A DNA stretch of 63,844 nt, counting the filler, from Octopus bimaculoides (lineage: Eukaryota): the NCBI RefSeq assembly GCF_001194135.2. It is 5 parts of 5 records of this genome, joined end to end, with 100 filler letters (N's around TTAATTAATTAA, not from the genome) between each part and the next. Parts side by side here need not be neighbours in the genome. Positions count along the whole stretch, not along the records: positions 22,774 to 34,601 come from NC_068997.1; positions 34,702 to 48,111 come from NC_068986.1; 3 more parts are not named here. One strand, given 5' to 3'. Under the pieces are notes generated by a model that saw only the letters and a list, made by a program, of their open reading frames with translations, did no database searches and was not told the origin of the DNA. This document shows positions 25,109 to 37,552 of the stretch, one piece after another. Numbering within the stretch: the stretch's first letter is position 1; each line of letters opens with the position of its first letter. Position numbers and translations under genes: made by a program.

Positions 25109-26153
25109 TACAGGGATTAGCAATTGAGTTGCTTCTCCAACATACTGAAAATTTAGAAATAGCAGTCAAAGAACTACTGATTCCAAACTACAAATTTTCT
25201 CTAAAGACACTTTAGAGACACTTTCAAATTTATCAGAATATTGAGGCTGAAGATTGGAATAGTGAAATTTCTATTCACTTAACCATGAAACGATTCGTAT
25301 CCAATTAACTAAAAGCTTGGCTTGTTTACGCTTTTCCCTCCGGTTTTTTGTTCTATGTGTGCCATAAATATCGCCATCCACTTTAGAGAAAATTTGTAGT
25401 TTGGAATCAGTAGTTCTTTGACTGCTATTTCTAAATTTTCAGTATGTTGGAGAAGCAACTCAATTGCTAATCCCTGTATATTTATAATGATAAATAGTCT
25501 TNNNNNNNNNNNNNNNNNNNNNNNNNNNNNNNNNNNNNNNNNNNNNNNNNNNNNNNNNNNNNNNNNNNNNNNNNNNNNNNNNNNNNNNNNNNNNNNNNNN
25601 NNNNNNNNNNNNNNNNNNNNNNNNNNNNNNNNNNNNNNNNNNNNNNNNNNNNNNNNNNNNNNNNNNNNNNNNNNNNNNNNNNNNNNNNNNNNNNNNNNNN
25701 NNNNNNNNNNNNNNNNNNNNNNNNNNNNNNNNNNNNNNNNNNNNNNNNNNNNNNNNNNNNNNNNNNNNNNNNNNNNNNNNNNNNNNNNNNNNNNNNNNNN
25801 NNNNNNNNNNNNNNNNNNNNNNNNNNNNNNNNNNNNNNNNNNNNNNNNNNNNNNNNNNNNNNNNNNNNNNNNNNNNNNNNNNNNNNNNNNNNNNNNNNNN
25901 NNNNNNNNNNNNNNNNNNNNNNNNNNNNNNNNNNNNNNNNNNNNNNNNNNNNNNNNNNNNNNNNNNNNNNNNNNNNNNNNNNNNNNNNNNNNNNNNNNNN
26001 NNNNNNNNNNNNNNNNNNNNNNNNNNNNNNNNNNNNNNNNNNNNNNNNNNNNNNNNNNNNNNNNNNNNNNNNNNNNNNNNNNNNNNNNNNNNNNNNNNNN
26101 NNNNNNNNNNNNNNNNNNNNNNNNNNNNNNNNNNNNNNNNNNNNNNNNNNNNN

Positions 26154-26191
<38 letters not shown>

Positions 26192-27861
26192 CATATGTAT
26201 GTATACACACACAGACACACACACGCTGAAATATTTGGAAAAATATATATACATATGTTAACAGATTATTCATGTATCAAGTTATGCTAACATTTGCAAC
26301 CAGAAGAGACCCGTAATGGCGGTCCATTTTCTGCAAGTATTAGTCAATAGAAAAGTTCGATAGACAGTTCAATAGATGCGTTCAATAAATTCAATTGCCG
26401 TGAGGAGTGATGAATCTCACGCATCGATCCCCCAACACATCGCTTTGTTTGTACGCCATTTCCTTCTCAATCTTTTCTGCACTTTCAGATGATGAGCAAG
26501 GACCCGAAATGTTAGCTACTTCACCCTTCACGGTAATTAAATTAATTGAGTTTTGGCTTAAGAGCCATTTTCGTCACATGTACGTTCCCTAAATCGACAT
26601 AAACAAACATGGCTGCGCGTTAAGAAGCTCGGTTTTCAACCACGTGGTTTAGGCTCAATCCCATAATTACTCCGGGTGACCAAAGCCTTGTGGATGGATT
26701 TGGTGGATGGAAACTGAAAGAAGCTACCTGTATGTATATATGTATATATATATNNNNNNNNNNNNNNNNNNNNNNNNNNNNNNNNNNNNNNNNNNNNNNN
26801 NNNNNNNNNNNNNNNNNNNNNNNNNNNNNNNNNNNNNNNNNNNNNNNNNNNNNNNNNNNNNNNNNNNNNNNNNNNNNNNNNNNNNNNNNNNNNNNNNNNN
26901 NNNNNNNNNNNNNNNNNNNNNNNNNNNNNNNNNNNNNNNNNNNNNNNNNNNNNNNNNNNNNNNNNNNNNNNNNNNNNNNNNNNNNNNNNNNNNNNNNNNN
27001 NNNNNNNNNNNNNNNNNNNNNNNNNNNNNNNNNNNNNNNNNNNNNNNNNNNNNNNNNNNNNNNNNNNNNNNNNNNNNNNNNNNNNNNNNNNNNNNNNNNN
27101 NNNNNNNNNNNNNNNNNNNNNNNNNNNNNNNNNNNNNNNNNNNNNNNNNNNNNNNNNNNNNNNNNNNNNNNNNNNNNNNNNNNNNNNNNNNNNNNNNNNN
27201 NNNNNNNNNNNNNNNNNNNNNNNNNNNNNNNNNNNNNNNNNNNNNNNNNNNNNNNNNNNNNNNNNNNNNNNNNNNNNNNNNNNNNNNNNNNNNNNNNNNN
27301 NNNNNNNNNNNNNNNNNNNNNNNNNNNNNNNNNNNNNNNNNNNNNNNNNNNNNNNNNNNNNNNNNNNNNNNNNNNNNNNNNNNNNNNNNNNNNNNNNNNN
27401 NNNNNNNNNNNNNNNNNNNNNNNNNNNNNNNNNNNNNNNNNNNNNNNNNNNNNNNNNNNNNNNNNNNNNNNNNNNNNNNNNNNNNNNNNNNNNNNNNNNN
27501 NNNNNNNNNNNNNNNNNNNNNNNNNNNNNNNNNNNNNNNNNNNNNNNNNNNNNNNNNNNNNNNNNNNNNNNNNNNNNNNNNNNNNNNNNNNNNNNNNNNN
27601 NNNNNNNNNNNNNNNNNNNNNNNNNNNNNNNNNNNNNNNNNNNNNNNNNNNNNNNNNNNNNNNNNNNNNNNNNNNNNNNNNNNNNNNNNNNNNNNNNNNN
27701 NNNNNNNNNNNNNNNNNNNNNNNNNNNNNNNNNNNNNNNNNNNNCAAACAATAAGCAACACGGATTTCAAAAGTGATTGCAGTACGCACGTTTCATGCTA
27801 CTTCAATTTATTTAAGTAATGTGAGCATTACCTTAAATGCAATATGAAGAGCTATTATCAA

Positions 27862-27906
<45 letters not shown>

Positions 27907-28474
27907 GTCTGTTCGACAAAAGGTTCGAGCGAAGATGCGCACATGGAAGGGAGACTGACTTCCATGAATGCGACAGATTGAACGCCTTGTTCTTGTGCTA
28001 AAAAGCTATTGGTTGTCTTATCTCTAACACCCTATATGGTCGCTGTCCAATCATTGAAGCAAGTAAAAGCTAAAAGATTACCCCCCTCCCTTTTCATCCC
28101 CACCTACTATTACTCAAAACGATGTTTACCATAAAAAGATCCAATGGAAATTAACAAAGAATGGGGTTAGACAATTTGCCATCTTTAATAAAATTAAGAT
28201 GGCTTCCAAATTTTTAAACATCATGGCGAAAAAATAAGAATTACATGAATAGAAATAAAACCTATTTTGTCCCTCCATTAATAAAGAAGGGTGGGGTGCC
28301 AAAATATTTCAATACTGTACGGTAGGTGGGAGAATGTGGATGGCACGTGACAGTTTGAGAATCATTCACTCAAGGGACCCTCGTTTTTCCAATTTTTCAA
28401 TATGCTAGACAATATTTTTTATCAAATGACTATATCCGCCATTGAATCAATCTTTGTGTTTCTTTTAAAGCTGT

Positions 28475-28477
<3 letters not shown>

Positions 28478-28520
<43 letters not shown>

Positions 28521-28582
28521 AGTGGTGGTGCTGGTGCTAGTGGTGCTGGTGGTGCTGCTGCTGCTGGTGCTGCTGCTACTAG
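28478..28582. repeat. (CTG)n/(GTG)n trinucleotide tract
   Basis: Direct reading. Confidence 0.9.
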
Positions 28583-28586
28583 TGGC

Positions 28587-28617
<31 letters not shown>

Positions 28618-29448
28618 ATGTATGTATGTATTTTACCTCTTACTTGTTTGAGTCATTAGACTACGGCCATGCTGGGGCACTGCCTTGAAAAATTTATAGC
28701 CGAATGTATCGACCCCAGTACTTTGCTAAAAATTGGAGATGAAACACTCCAAAACCACAAAAGTTAACAGTATATTTTTCACAGACATGATTGGGAAAGA
28801 ATTAAGTAAAATAAGGATTGCGTCTTACCTCTGCGAATTTACAAGAAGGAAAGTCAGTTAACTTGATATCAAGATTTCGAATTTCGCGCCAAAAACACGC
28901 TAGCAACAAACTCTTATAATATATCACTTCAACAAATGCCTGTGTCCGTCTCAGTGCCCAAGGCGCACCGAGAAACAACGAACCGAGTGAATACAAATTT
29001 TATTATGAAAATAAAGAACGTTAATCCTCGCGAGATATATTAAAGTTAATGGCTGCAACATTAAGTATTCATTTGATTTGTTTTTTCTCAGTGCGCCTTG
29101 GGCACTGAGACGAACTGAGACAGGCATTGGTTGAAGTGACATATAAGAGTTTGTTATAAGAGTTCTGGTGGGAGGAGGTAATTGCTAGCAACTGATGGTC
29201 AGTCTGATTTGAATCTCTGTGGTTCCCTGACTGGTTGGTCCATCGCTGGAGGTCGGGCATTCTTAGGAAGACCGTATCATCCATATTTTTGTATATTACA
29301 TGTAGTTTGTAGCTCAAAATTTTCATTTTCTCTCATCAGGCTTCTGCGTAAACTTCCAAATCACATTTCACCTGCCTTTGTGGTGCCCACCTTTGTCCAA
29401 TACTTGTACGGCAAATATGAAATCATCATCATCGTCGTCATCATCATC

Positions 29449-29482
<34 letters not shown>

Positions 29483-31098
29483 NNNNNNNNNNNNNNNNNN
29501 NNNNNNNNNNNNNNNNNNNNNNNNNNNNNNNNNNNNNNNNNNNNNNNNNNNNNNNNNNNNNNNNNNNNNNNNNNNNNNNNNNNNNNNNNNNNNNNNNNNN
29601 NNNNNNNNNNNNNNNNNNNNNNNNNNNNNNNNNNNNNNNNNNNNNNNNNNNNNNNNNNNNNNNNNNNNNNNNNNNNNNNNNNNNNNNNNNNNNNNNNNNN
29701 NNNNNNNNNNNNNNNNNNNNNNNNNNNNNNNNNNNNNNNNNNNNNNNNNNNNNNNNNNNNNNNNNNNNNNNNNNNNNNNNNNNNNNNNNNNNNNNNNNNN
29801 NNNNNNNNNNNNNNNNNNNNNNNNNNNNNNNNNNNNNNNNNNNNNNNNNNNNNNNNNNNNNNNNNNNNNNNNNNNNNNNNNNNNNNNNNNNNNNNNNNNN
29901 NNNNNNNNNNNNNNNNNNNNNNNNNNNNNNNNNNNNNNNNNNNNNNNNNNNNNNNNNNNNNNNNNNNNNNNNNNNNNNNNNNNNNNNNNNNNNNNNNNNN
30001 NNNNNNNNNNNNNNNNNNNNNNNNNNNNNNNNNNNNNNNNNNNNNNNNNNNNNNNNNNNNNNNNNNNNNNNNNNNNNNNNNNNNNNNNNNNNNNNNNNNN
30101 NNNNNNNNNNNNNNNNNNNNNNNNNNNNNNNNNNNNNNNNNNNNNNNNNNNNNNNNNNNNNNNNNNNNNNNNNNNNNNNNNNNNNNNNNNNNNNNNNNNN
30201 NNNNNNNNNNNNNNNNNNNNNNNNNNNNNNNNNNNNNNNNNNNNNNNNNNNNNNNNNNNNNNNNNNNNNNNNNNNNNNNNNNNNNNNNNNNNNNNNNNNN
30301 NNNNNNNNNNNNNNNNNNNNNNNNNNNNNNNNNNNNNTATATATATATATATATATGTCTGCATGTATGTATGTATTTATGTGAGTGTGTCTTTGTATCT
30401 GTGTTTGTCCTCCACCATCGCTTGGCAACCGGCGTTGGTGTGTTTACATCCCCGTAAATTAGCGGTTCGGCAAAAGAGCCCGATAAAATAAGTACTAGGC
30501 TTACAAAGTCCTGGGGTTGATTTCCTCGACTAAAAGACTCTTTTAAAGGGGTGCTCCAGCATGGCCGCAATCAAATGACTGAAACAAGTAAAACAACAAA
30601 CTACAGTGTCTCTACACAGATTTTATCTATCAAATTCATTGCCAGGGGTAACTGCAGAAGACATCTGCCCGCGGACCTGCGAAACCACGTGATTACCAAG
30701 CGAGCTGCTTAACCACACAGCCATGTTTAAGCATATAATGCAGTACAGAAAATATAATTAGACACAAAACACTAATTGACAACACCGCAATTTTTCTCTT
30801 AGAACTACACATGAAAGAAAAAAAAAGAAAGGAATGAAGATAACTATGGAAGCTTTACTAATAACAAAATACAAGCCTGAATTAAACAGATCACATGTAA
30901 CAAAAATACATAATAGTATAATGAAATCTACTAGGATTTACCGATATATAATTTAAATACAATAGTGAGGTTTTATTGGTTATACAGTTATTCCCAAGAC
31001 TCTCTGTCAATTACCGCAAAATGCGCGGACCGCACACCATTACAGCAGTTTAATTTGAATATGTATGCTTTTGCATTTATGTATATATACATATTTAT

Positions 31099-31157
<59 letters not shown>

Positions 31158-31247
31158 TACATATACACGTATATACTCTTACATATATAAATATATATAT
31201 GTATATGAGTGTGTGTGTGTGTATCTATCTATCTCTATTTCTCTCTC

Positions 31248-31280
<33 letters not shown>

Positions 31281-33430
31281 ATATATATATATANNNNNNN
31301 NNNNNNNNNNNNNNNNNNNNNNNNNNNNNNNNNNNNNNNNNNNNNNNNNNNNNNNNNNNNNNNNNNNNNNNNNNNNNNNNNNNNNNNNNNNNNNNNNNNN
31401 NNNNNNNNNNNNNNNNNNNNNNNNNNNNNNNNNNNNNNNNNNNNNNNNNNNNNNNNNNNNNNNNNNNNNNNNNNNNNNNNNNNNNNNNNNNNNNNNNNNN
31501 NNNNNNNNNNNNNNNNNNNNNNNNNNNNNNNNNNNNNNNNNNNNNNNNNNNNNNNNNNNNNNNNNNNNNNNNNNNNNNNNNNNNNNNNNNNNNNNNNNNN
31601 NNNNNNNNNNNNNNNNNNNNNNNNNNNNNNNNNNNNNNNNNNNNNNNNNNNNNNNNNNNNNNNNNNNNNNNNNNNNNNNNNNNNNNNNNNNNNNNNNNNN
31701 NNNNNNNNNNNNNNNNNNNNNNNNNNNNNNNNNNNNNNNNNNNNNNNNNNNNNNNNNNNNNNNNNNNNNNNNNNNNNNNNNNNNNNNNNNNNNNNNNNNN
31801 NNNNNNNNNNNNNNNNNNNNNNNNNNNNNNNNNNNNNNNNNNNNNNNNNNNNNNNNNNNNNNNNNNNNNNNNNNNNNNNNNNNNNNNNNNNNNNNNNNNN
31901 NNNNNNNNNNNNNNNNNNNNNNNNNNNNNNNNNNNNNNNNNNNNNNNNNNNNNNNNNNNNNNNNNNNNNNNNNNNNNNNNNNNNNNNNNNNNNNNNNNNN
32001 GAAATCCCGTGAACGAAGCGAGACTGTTTTCCAAAATGGAGACGAATACCTTTCTCCATGTGATCGGCTAGAAAAATTCTTTAGACATTAGGATATTTTC
32101 CTACCTTTCTTAACATGAAACCAATTCACAAATAAAGAAATTATATATCCACCAATGCGGTATTGAGCACTCATTTCATCGTTCGACATTTACCTATATA
32201 TATATAATAGAAATATGTTAAAAAAAACAAAATAGAAACTACACGTGGAAATGTAAGGGGAAAGTAAGCAGAAAAATAAGAGAAAATGCACATTGGAAAT
32301 CGAAAAGAAGGTAAGGCTTTTTATGAAAAGTAACGATATATATATATACAATTAGATGAACTGAGGTATGAATAAAGGTAATAAAAGTCATTATTGTGAG
32401 TTGTTAATAGAGATTTACAAGCATACCGGTTTCGTAATGCATACATACATACATACATGTATACATACATACATATATACATACATACAAACAAAAATAC
32501 CCTGTTGTTGATGTTGAAATTCCAATGAAGGAGCCTTGTATCTAGATTAGAAACTGTTTCTTTCTCTATTAGCAAGAAATCTTAAAATGAAACTGAACAA
32601 TGATAATACATGCATACATACATACATACATACTTACATACATGCATACAAACATGCATATATGGTGATTGCCCCATCTTCACGGATGATTGTTATTTGC
32701 TAGTGTTTCGTCGTTGTCAGTCAACTAAATCCACTGACAAGGCATTGGTCGGCCCGAGGCTATAGGAGAAGACACATGTCCAAGGTGCCATTCTGTGGGG
32801 GGCCAAACCTGGAGTCATGTGGTTAAGAAGCAAACTTTTCTACCACATAAGGCACGCCTGCGCTTGTCTGGTAGACCAAAACCGAAAACATTAGTCACGT
32901 CATTGCCAACCGTGAGAGAATGCCCTCCAGATACTACCTTCCACTGAGTCATAATGCGGAGGCCAGACTAACGAGATAGAGAAAAAATAAATAAATATAT
33001 ATATATATAGATAGATAGATAGATAGATATATGTATATATATATATGATATCGAATAAAGACTAACATATAACAACCGATGGATCAATGGAATAATGGTG
33101 GGATATATGAATATATATATAAAAAAGAAACACAGCAAGCAAATTAAAATACAGCCAACCAGGATCACAAAATATAAACGTGGTTCTTGTTTGGAAAGTC
33201 AGCTGCACGCTTAATATCAATTATTATGAAAAATGCAGGAGAAAGTCATGTATGATGCCATAGAGTTTGCTTATTTGACTCTTACTCGATAGATTAAAGT
33301 GCATCTTAGTCACTGCTGTTCCACTCTCGATGAGCATGTGGTTCTATTAGTCTAAATGTCATTTGAGCTATGGTTGGGAAAAACATAAGCGATAATTTAA
33401 AAGTTTTGACAGACAGGCGACATCATACAC

Positions 33431-33506
<76 letters not shown>

Positions 33507-34255
33507 TATATATATACATATAATAATAATAATATTAGGGATGAAAATCCAAAATTACAGGTAAAAACTCAATTAAAATCAATTTATTAAAAATTAGAAT
33601 TAAATTAAGTTTCACAGTATAGAATATATATAAATATATAGTTTTAGGGAAAAGAACCAAGGTTCATGAACTCATCGATGAAAATCCACTGTCACATATA
33701 GAAAAATTAATAATTAAAAACACAATAAATAAGTATAATATATATTTGTATTATATTATACTTATTTATTGTGCTTTTATTATTTTTTTCTATATGTGAC
33801 AGTGGATTTTCCTCGATGAGTTCATGAACCTTGGTTCTTTTCCCTAAAACTGTATATATATATATACATTTTTTCTACTCTAGGCACAAGGTCCGGAATT
33901 TGGGGGGAGGGGTGCCAGTCGATTAGATCGACCCCAGTACGCAACTGGTATTTAATTTATCGAACCCGAAAGGATGAAAGCAAAGTCGACCTGGCGGAAA
34001 GTCGACGATCAACGGAATAGCTTGCTCCTGAAATTAACGTGCAAGTAGCTGAGTACTCCATAGACAAGTGTACCATGGCAACTATAATTATCACTGGAAA
34101 ATACCCACACGGATTCTATGCATGGATATTTACTGTTGGAATGGAACTATACTTCAAGTACTGTTTCTTCTCTGTTCTTTCTTCTGTGCATCGCTCTCAC
34201 TTCTTACTACAAATCTCCTCTTATAGATGTAATTATCCATTCTTCTACTATTACC

Positions 34256-34304
34256 GTCTCCGATGAAGGGATACATTAAATTTTCCCTGAAACAGCTGTA
34301 AGAC
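34256..34304 (+). ncRNA. Minimal type I hammerhead-like motif, family 2
   Basis: GUCU CCGAUGA AGGGA(12 nt)UCCCU GAAAC AGCU GUA AGAC; all three helices can be drawn, core has U4 changed to C. Confidence 0.65.
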
Positions 34305-34386
34305 ATTCTTCTTGTCCTGCTCTTTTCCAGGTTCAATTAAGAAAGTTATCACTCCTCCTCCGGCATTTTTCCTCGTAGTACTGTGT

Positions 34387-34469
<83 letters not shown>

Positions 34470-34566
34470 TGTGTGTGTGCGCGCGCACACAAATACACAC
34501 AGATACATATATATACATATACACGTAGATATATATGCAATTATATGTACATATATATACATATAT

Positions 34567-34600
<34 letters not shown>

Positions 34601-34701
34601 GNNNNNNNNNNNNNNNNNNNNNNNNNNNNNNNNNNNNNNNNNNNNTTAATTAATTAANNNNNNNNNNNNNNNNNNNNNNNNNNNNNNNNNNNNNNNNNNN
34701 N

Positions 34702-35151
34702 GGGTGAGGGGGAACGGGAGACGGGTGACGGTGGGGTAGGTGCGGGGCGAGAGAGTAGATGCACGGTCCACAGAAGTGCTCTGGCAAGGGCGGTGTGGAT
34801 AGTGGTGAGGGGATATCCACGTAAGATGAAGAGGCGAGCCATGAGTTGAGACTGAGTCTCAAAGTCATGGTTGTCACTGCAGAGCCCGCGTAGACAGAGG
34901 AATTGGGAATAGGGTATGGAGAGCTTGGTGTGTTTAGGGTGGGAGGAGGAGAAGCTGAGGTATGAGTGTGAGTCTGTGTGTTTGTAGTGGATGGAGTTTA
35001 GATGTTCATGGGAAAGTGAGGTCACACCGATACAGGAGTCAATATAACGACCGTATAGTTCAGGAGTAGGACCAGTGAAACTTGAGAATATTTGGGCCTC
35101 AACGTAGCCAACGAACAGGTTCGCATAGTTGGGGTCCATTTTCGTTCTACT
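34702..35151 (-). mobile_element. Penelope-like element reverse transcriptase fragment with an internal deletion
   Basis: TKMDPNYANLFVGYVE...RYIDSC...YKHTDSHSYLSFSSSHPKHTKLSIPYSQFLCLRGLCS...RGYP: Penelope-type RT motifs. Confidence 0.88.
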
Positions 35152-36019
35152 TGTTAACGTCATTAGTATATATATATATATATATATATNNNNNNNNNNN
35201 NNNNNNNNNNNNNNNNNNNNNNNNNNNNNNNNNNNNNNNNNNNNNNNNNNNNNNNNNNNNNNNNNNNNNNNNNNNNNNNNNNNNNNNNNNNNNNNNNNNN
35301 NNNNNNNNNNNNNNNNNNNNNNNNNNNNNNNNNNNNNNNNNNNNNNNNNNNNNNNNNNNNNNNNNNNNNNNNNNNNNNNNNNNNNNNNNNNNNNNNNNNN
35401 NNNNNNNNNNNNNNNNNNNNNNNNNNNNNNNNNNNNNNNNNNNNNNNNNNNNNNNNNNNNNNNNNNNNNNNNNNNNNNNNNNNNNNNNNNNNNNNNNNNN
35501 NNNNNNNNNNNNNNNNNNNNNNNNNNNNNNNNNNNNNNNNNNNNNNNNNNNNNNNNNNNNNNNNNNNNNNNNNNNNNNNNNNNNNNNNNNNNNNNNNNNN
35601 NNNNNAGCAAGCCACATAGAAACATCCCCTTCATCAGCTGCCACCATTAAAACTCCGGCGTTTCGAAGAATTAAGGCAGTACGTATCGTTAAAATGGTTC
35701 TTCCCACGAACACAAATTAAATTGGTTTCGTGGAGGGTAGTGGCGGACGGAAAACAAGACAGGAAAACGAAACGGTGAAATAAACAAACAAAAAGGCTGT
35801 ACAGCCAGACGTGAAGTGTGTATGTCTCGAACGCTGTGAAGCACGTACAGGAGGGGCAAAGAAGTACGTGCGAGCTTGGTGATTCCAAGAACGGAAAGAA
35901 ATAGCAGCCGCACACACATGACCAAGGCTGTATGAAGAGAAAGGGTAGCAGTATATATATATAAGATGATGTCGCTTTAATCGGAGTCTATATACAGATA
36001 TTATTATCATGATATATCG

Positions 36020-36064
<45 letters not shown>

Positions 36065-36271
36065 AATCTTTTTTTTTTCGATCCCTTTTAATCGAACTTT
36101 CCCTTTTTTCTTCTTCTTTCCTACGATCCCTTTTGATCGCCCCCTTTTTTCTCTCCTTCCCCCTCCCAAAAAGAAAAGCTCTACATTGTATTTGTCCCCT
36201 CTGTATAAAGCCCTGTGTGGCTAATAAAAGAAATTTATGTATGTATGTATGTATGTATGTATGTATGTATG

Positions 36272-36306
<35 letters not shown>

Positions 36307-36692
36307 AACAAAGTATGTTTATGTGTGGGTGTGTCTGTATGTGTAGCACGTATGCATTTCTATAGTTTTCAATCGATTTTCACCAAACTTCGCACGCTCA
36401 CATTATTTGTGCCCACATATTCTCTCTTTCTCTCTGTGATAGTTCCTCTCTTTTAGTCTATGTCTATTTCTTTAACTCTCTCTCTCTCCCCCTTCTCTCC
36501 CCCTCCCCCTTCTCTCTCTCTCCCNNNNNNNNNNACCGGGCCCATGAGCCTGGCTAGGCTTTGAAAGGGCGACGTTTATCGTTAAGATATTGGAGGACAT
36601 TTATATTTATATAAAAAAAAAGATATATAATAACAAATAACTTTATTTATTAAAAAATGTTATGAGGAAAATAAACTTTCTTATCTGTAATG

Positions 36693-36918
36693 CTATTCAA
36701 TAAAGCCACCTTCAGCTTCAATAACTGCTTCTATATGAGATCTAAATCATCTCCATGCTCGAATCAAGTGGTCCTGGTTCATTTTGGACATTACTCTGAC
36801 TATGGCAGCTTTCAAAGAATCTTTGGTGTTATGGGCGTGTTCATTGACCTCTCTCTCAACAATGCATCACAAGTAATAGCCCAATGGATTGAAATCTGGA
36901 GAATTAGGAGGCCAAATG
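36693..36918 (-). mobile_element. Tc1/mariner-superfamily (maT-like) transposase C-terminal remnant
   Basis: IWPPNSPDFNPLGYYL*...SLKAAIVRVMSKM...IEAVIEAEGGFIE*. Confidence 0.8.
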
Positions 36919-37522
36919 TTAAGAGTTATGTGTGCATATATGTGTGTGTGTCAGTGTCTGTACCCACCCCATCGCTTGACAATCGATGTTGGTGTGTTTA
37001 CGTCNNNNNNNNNNNNNNNNNNNNNNNNNNNNNNNNNNNNNNNNNNNNNNNNNNNNNNNNNNNNNNNNNNNNNNNNNNNNNNNNNNNNNNNNNNNNNNNN
37101 NNNNNNNNNNNNNNNNNNNNNNNNNNNNNNNNNNNNNNNNNNNNNNNNNNNNNNNNNNNNNNNNNNNNNNNNNNNNNNNNNNNNNNNNNNNNNNNNNNNN
37201 NNNNNNNNNNNNNNNNNNNNNNNNNNNNNNNNNNNNNNNNNNNNNNNNNNNNNNNNNNNNNNNNNNNNNNNNNNNNNNNNNNNNNNNNNNNNNNNNNNNN
37301 NNNNNNNNNNNNNNNNNNNNNNNNNNNNNNNNNNNNNNNNNNNNNNNNNNNNNNNNNNNNNNNNNNNNNNNNNNNNNNNNNNNNNNNNNNNNNNNNNNNN
37401 NNNNNNNNNNNNNNNNNNNNNNNNNNNNNNNNNNNNNNNNNNNNNNNNNNNNNNNNNNNNTAGCTAATAAACCTTTCTATTATAGGCACAAGGCATGGTT
37501 TTTGAGGGAAGGAGCAAGTCAA

Positions 37523-37552
37523 TTAGGGTTAGGGTTAGGGTTAGGGTTAGGG
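37523..37552 (+). repeat. Interstitial (TTAGGG)5; degenerate (CCCTAA)n at 47961-48010
   Basis: Direct reading. Confidence 0.9.

Noticed and set aside
26489-26532. Possible exon (DDEQGPEMLATSPFT) or decayed hammerhead (CAGAUGA...CCCGAAAUGUU)
   Set aside because: No similarity to the expected next CCHCR1 segment and poor stems; neither reading is supportable.
23275-32091. Long ORFs made of X and YI/IY runs
   Set aside because: They translate N gaps and (TA)n or (CA)n microsatellites.
32500-32600. CCAAUGA...GAAAC motif in a repeat also at 54600-54690
   Set aside because: The core differs at the essential G5 in both copies; not called a hammerhead.
37523-37552. Chromosome end or telomere fusion
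   Set aside because: Only five units, embedded in a dispersed repeat.
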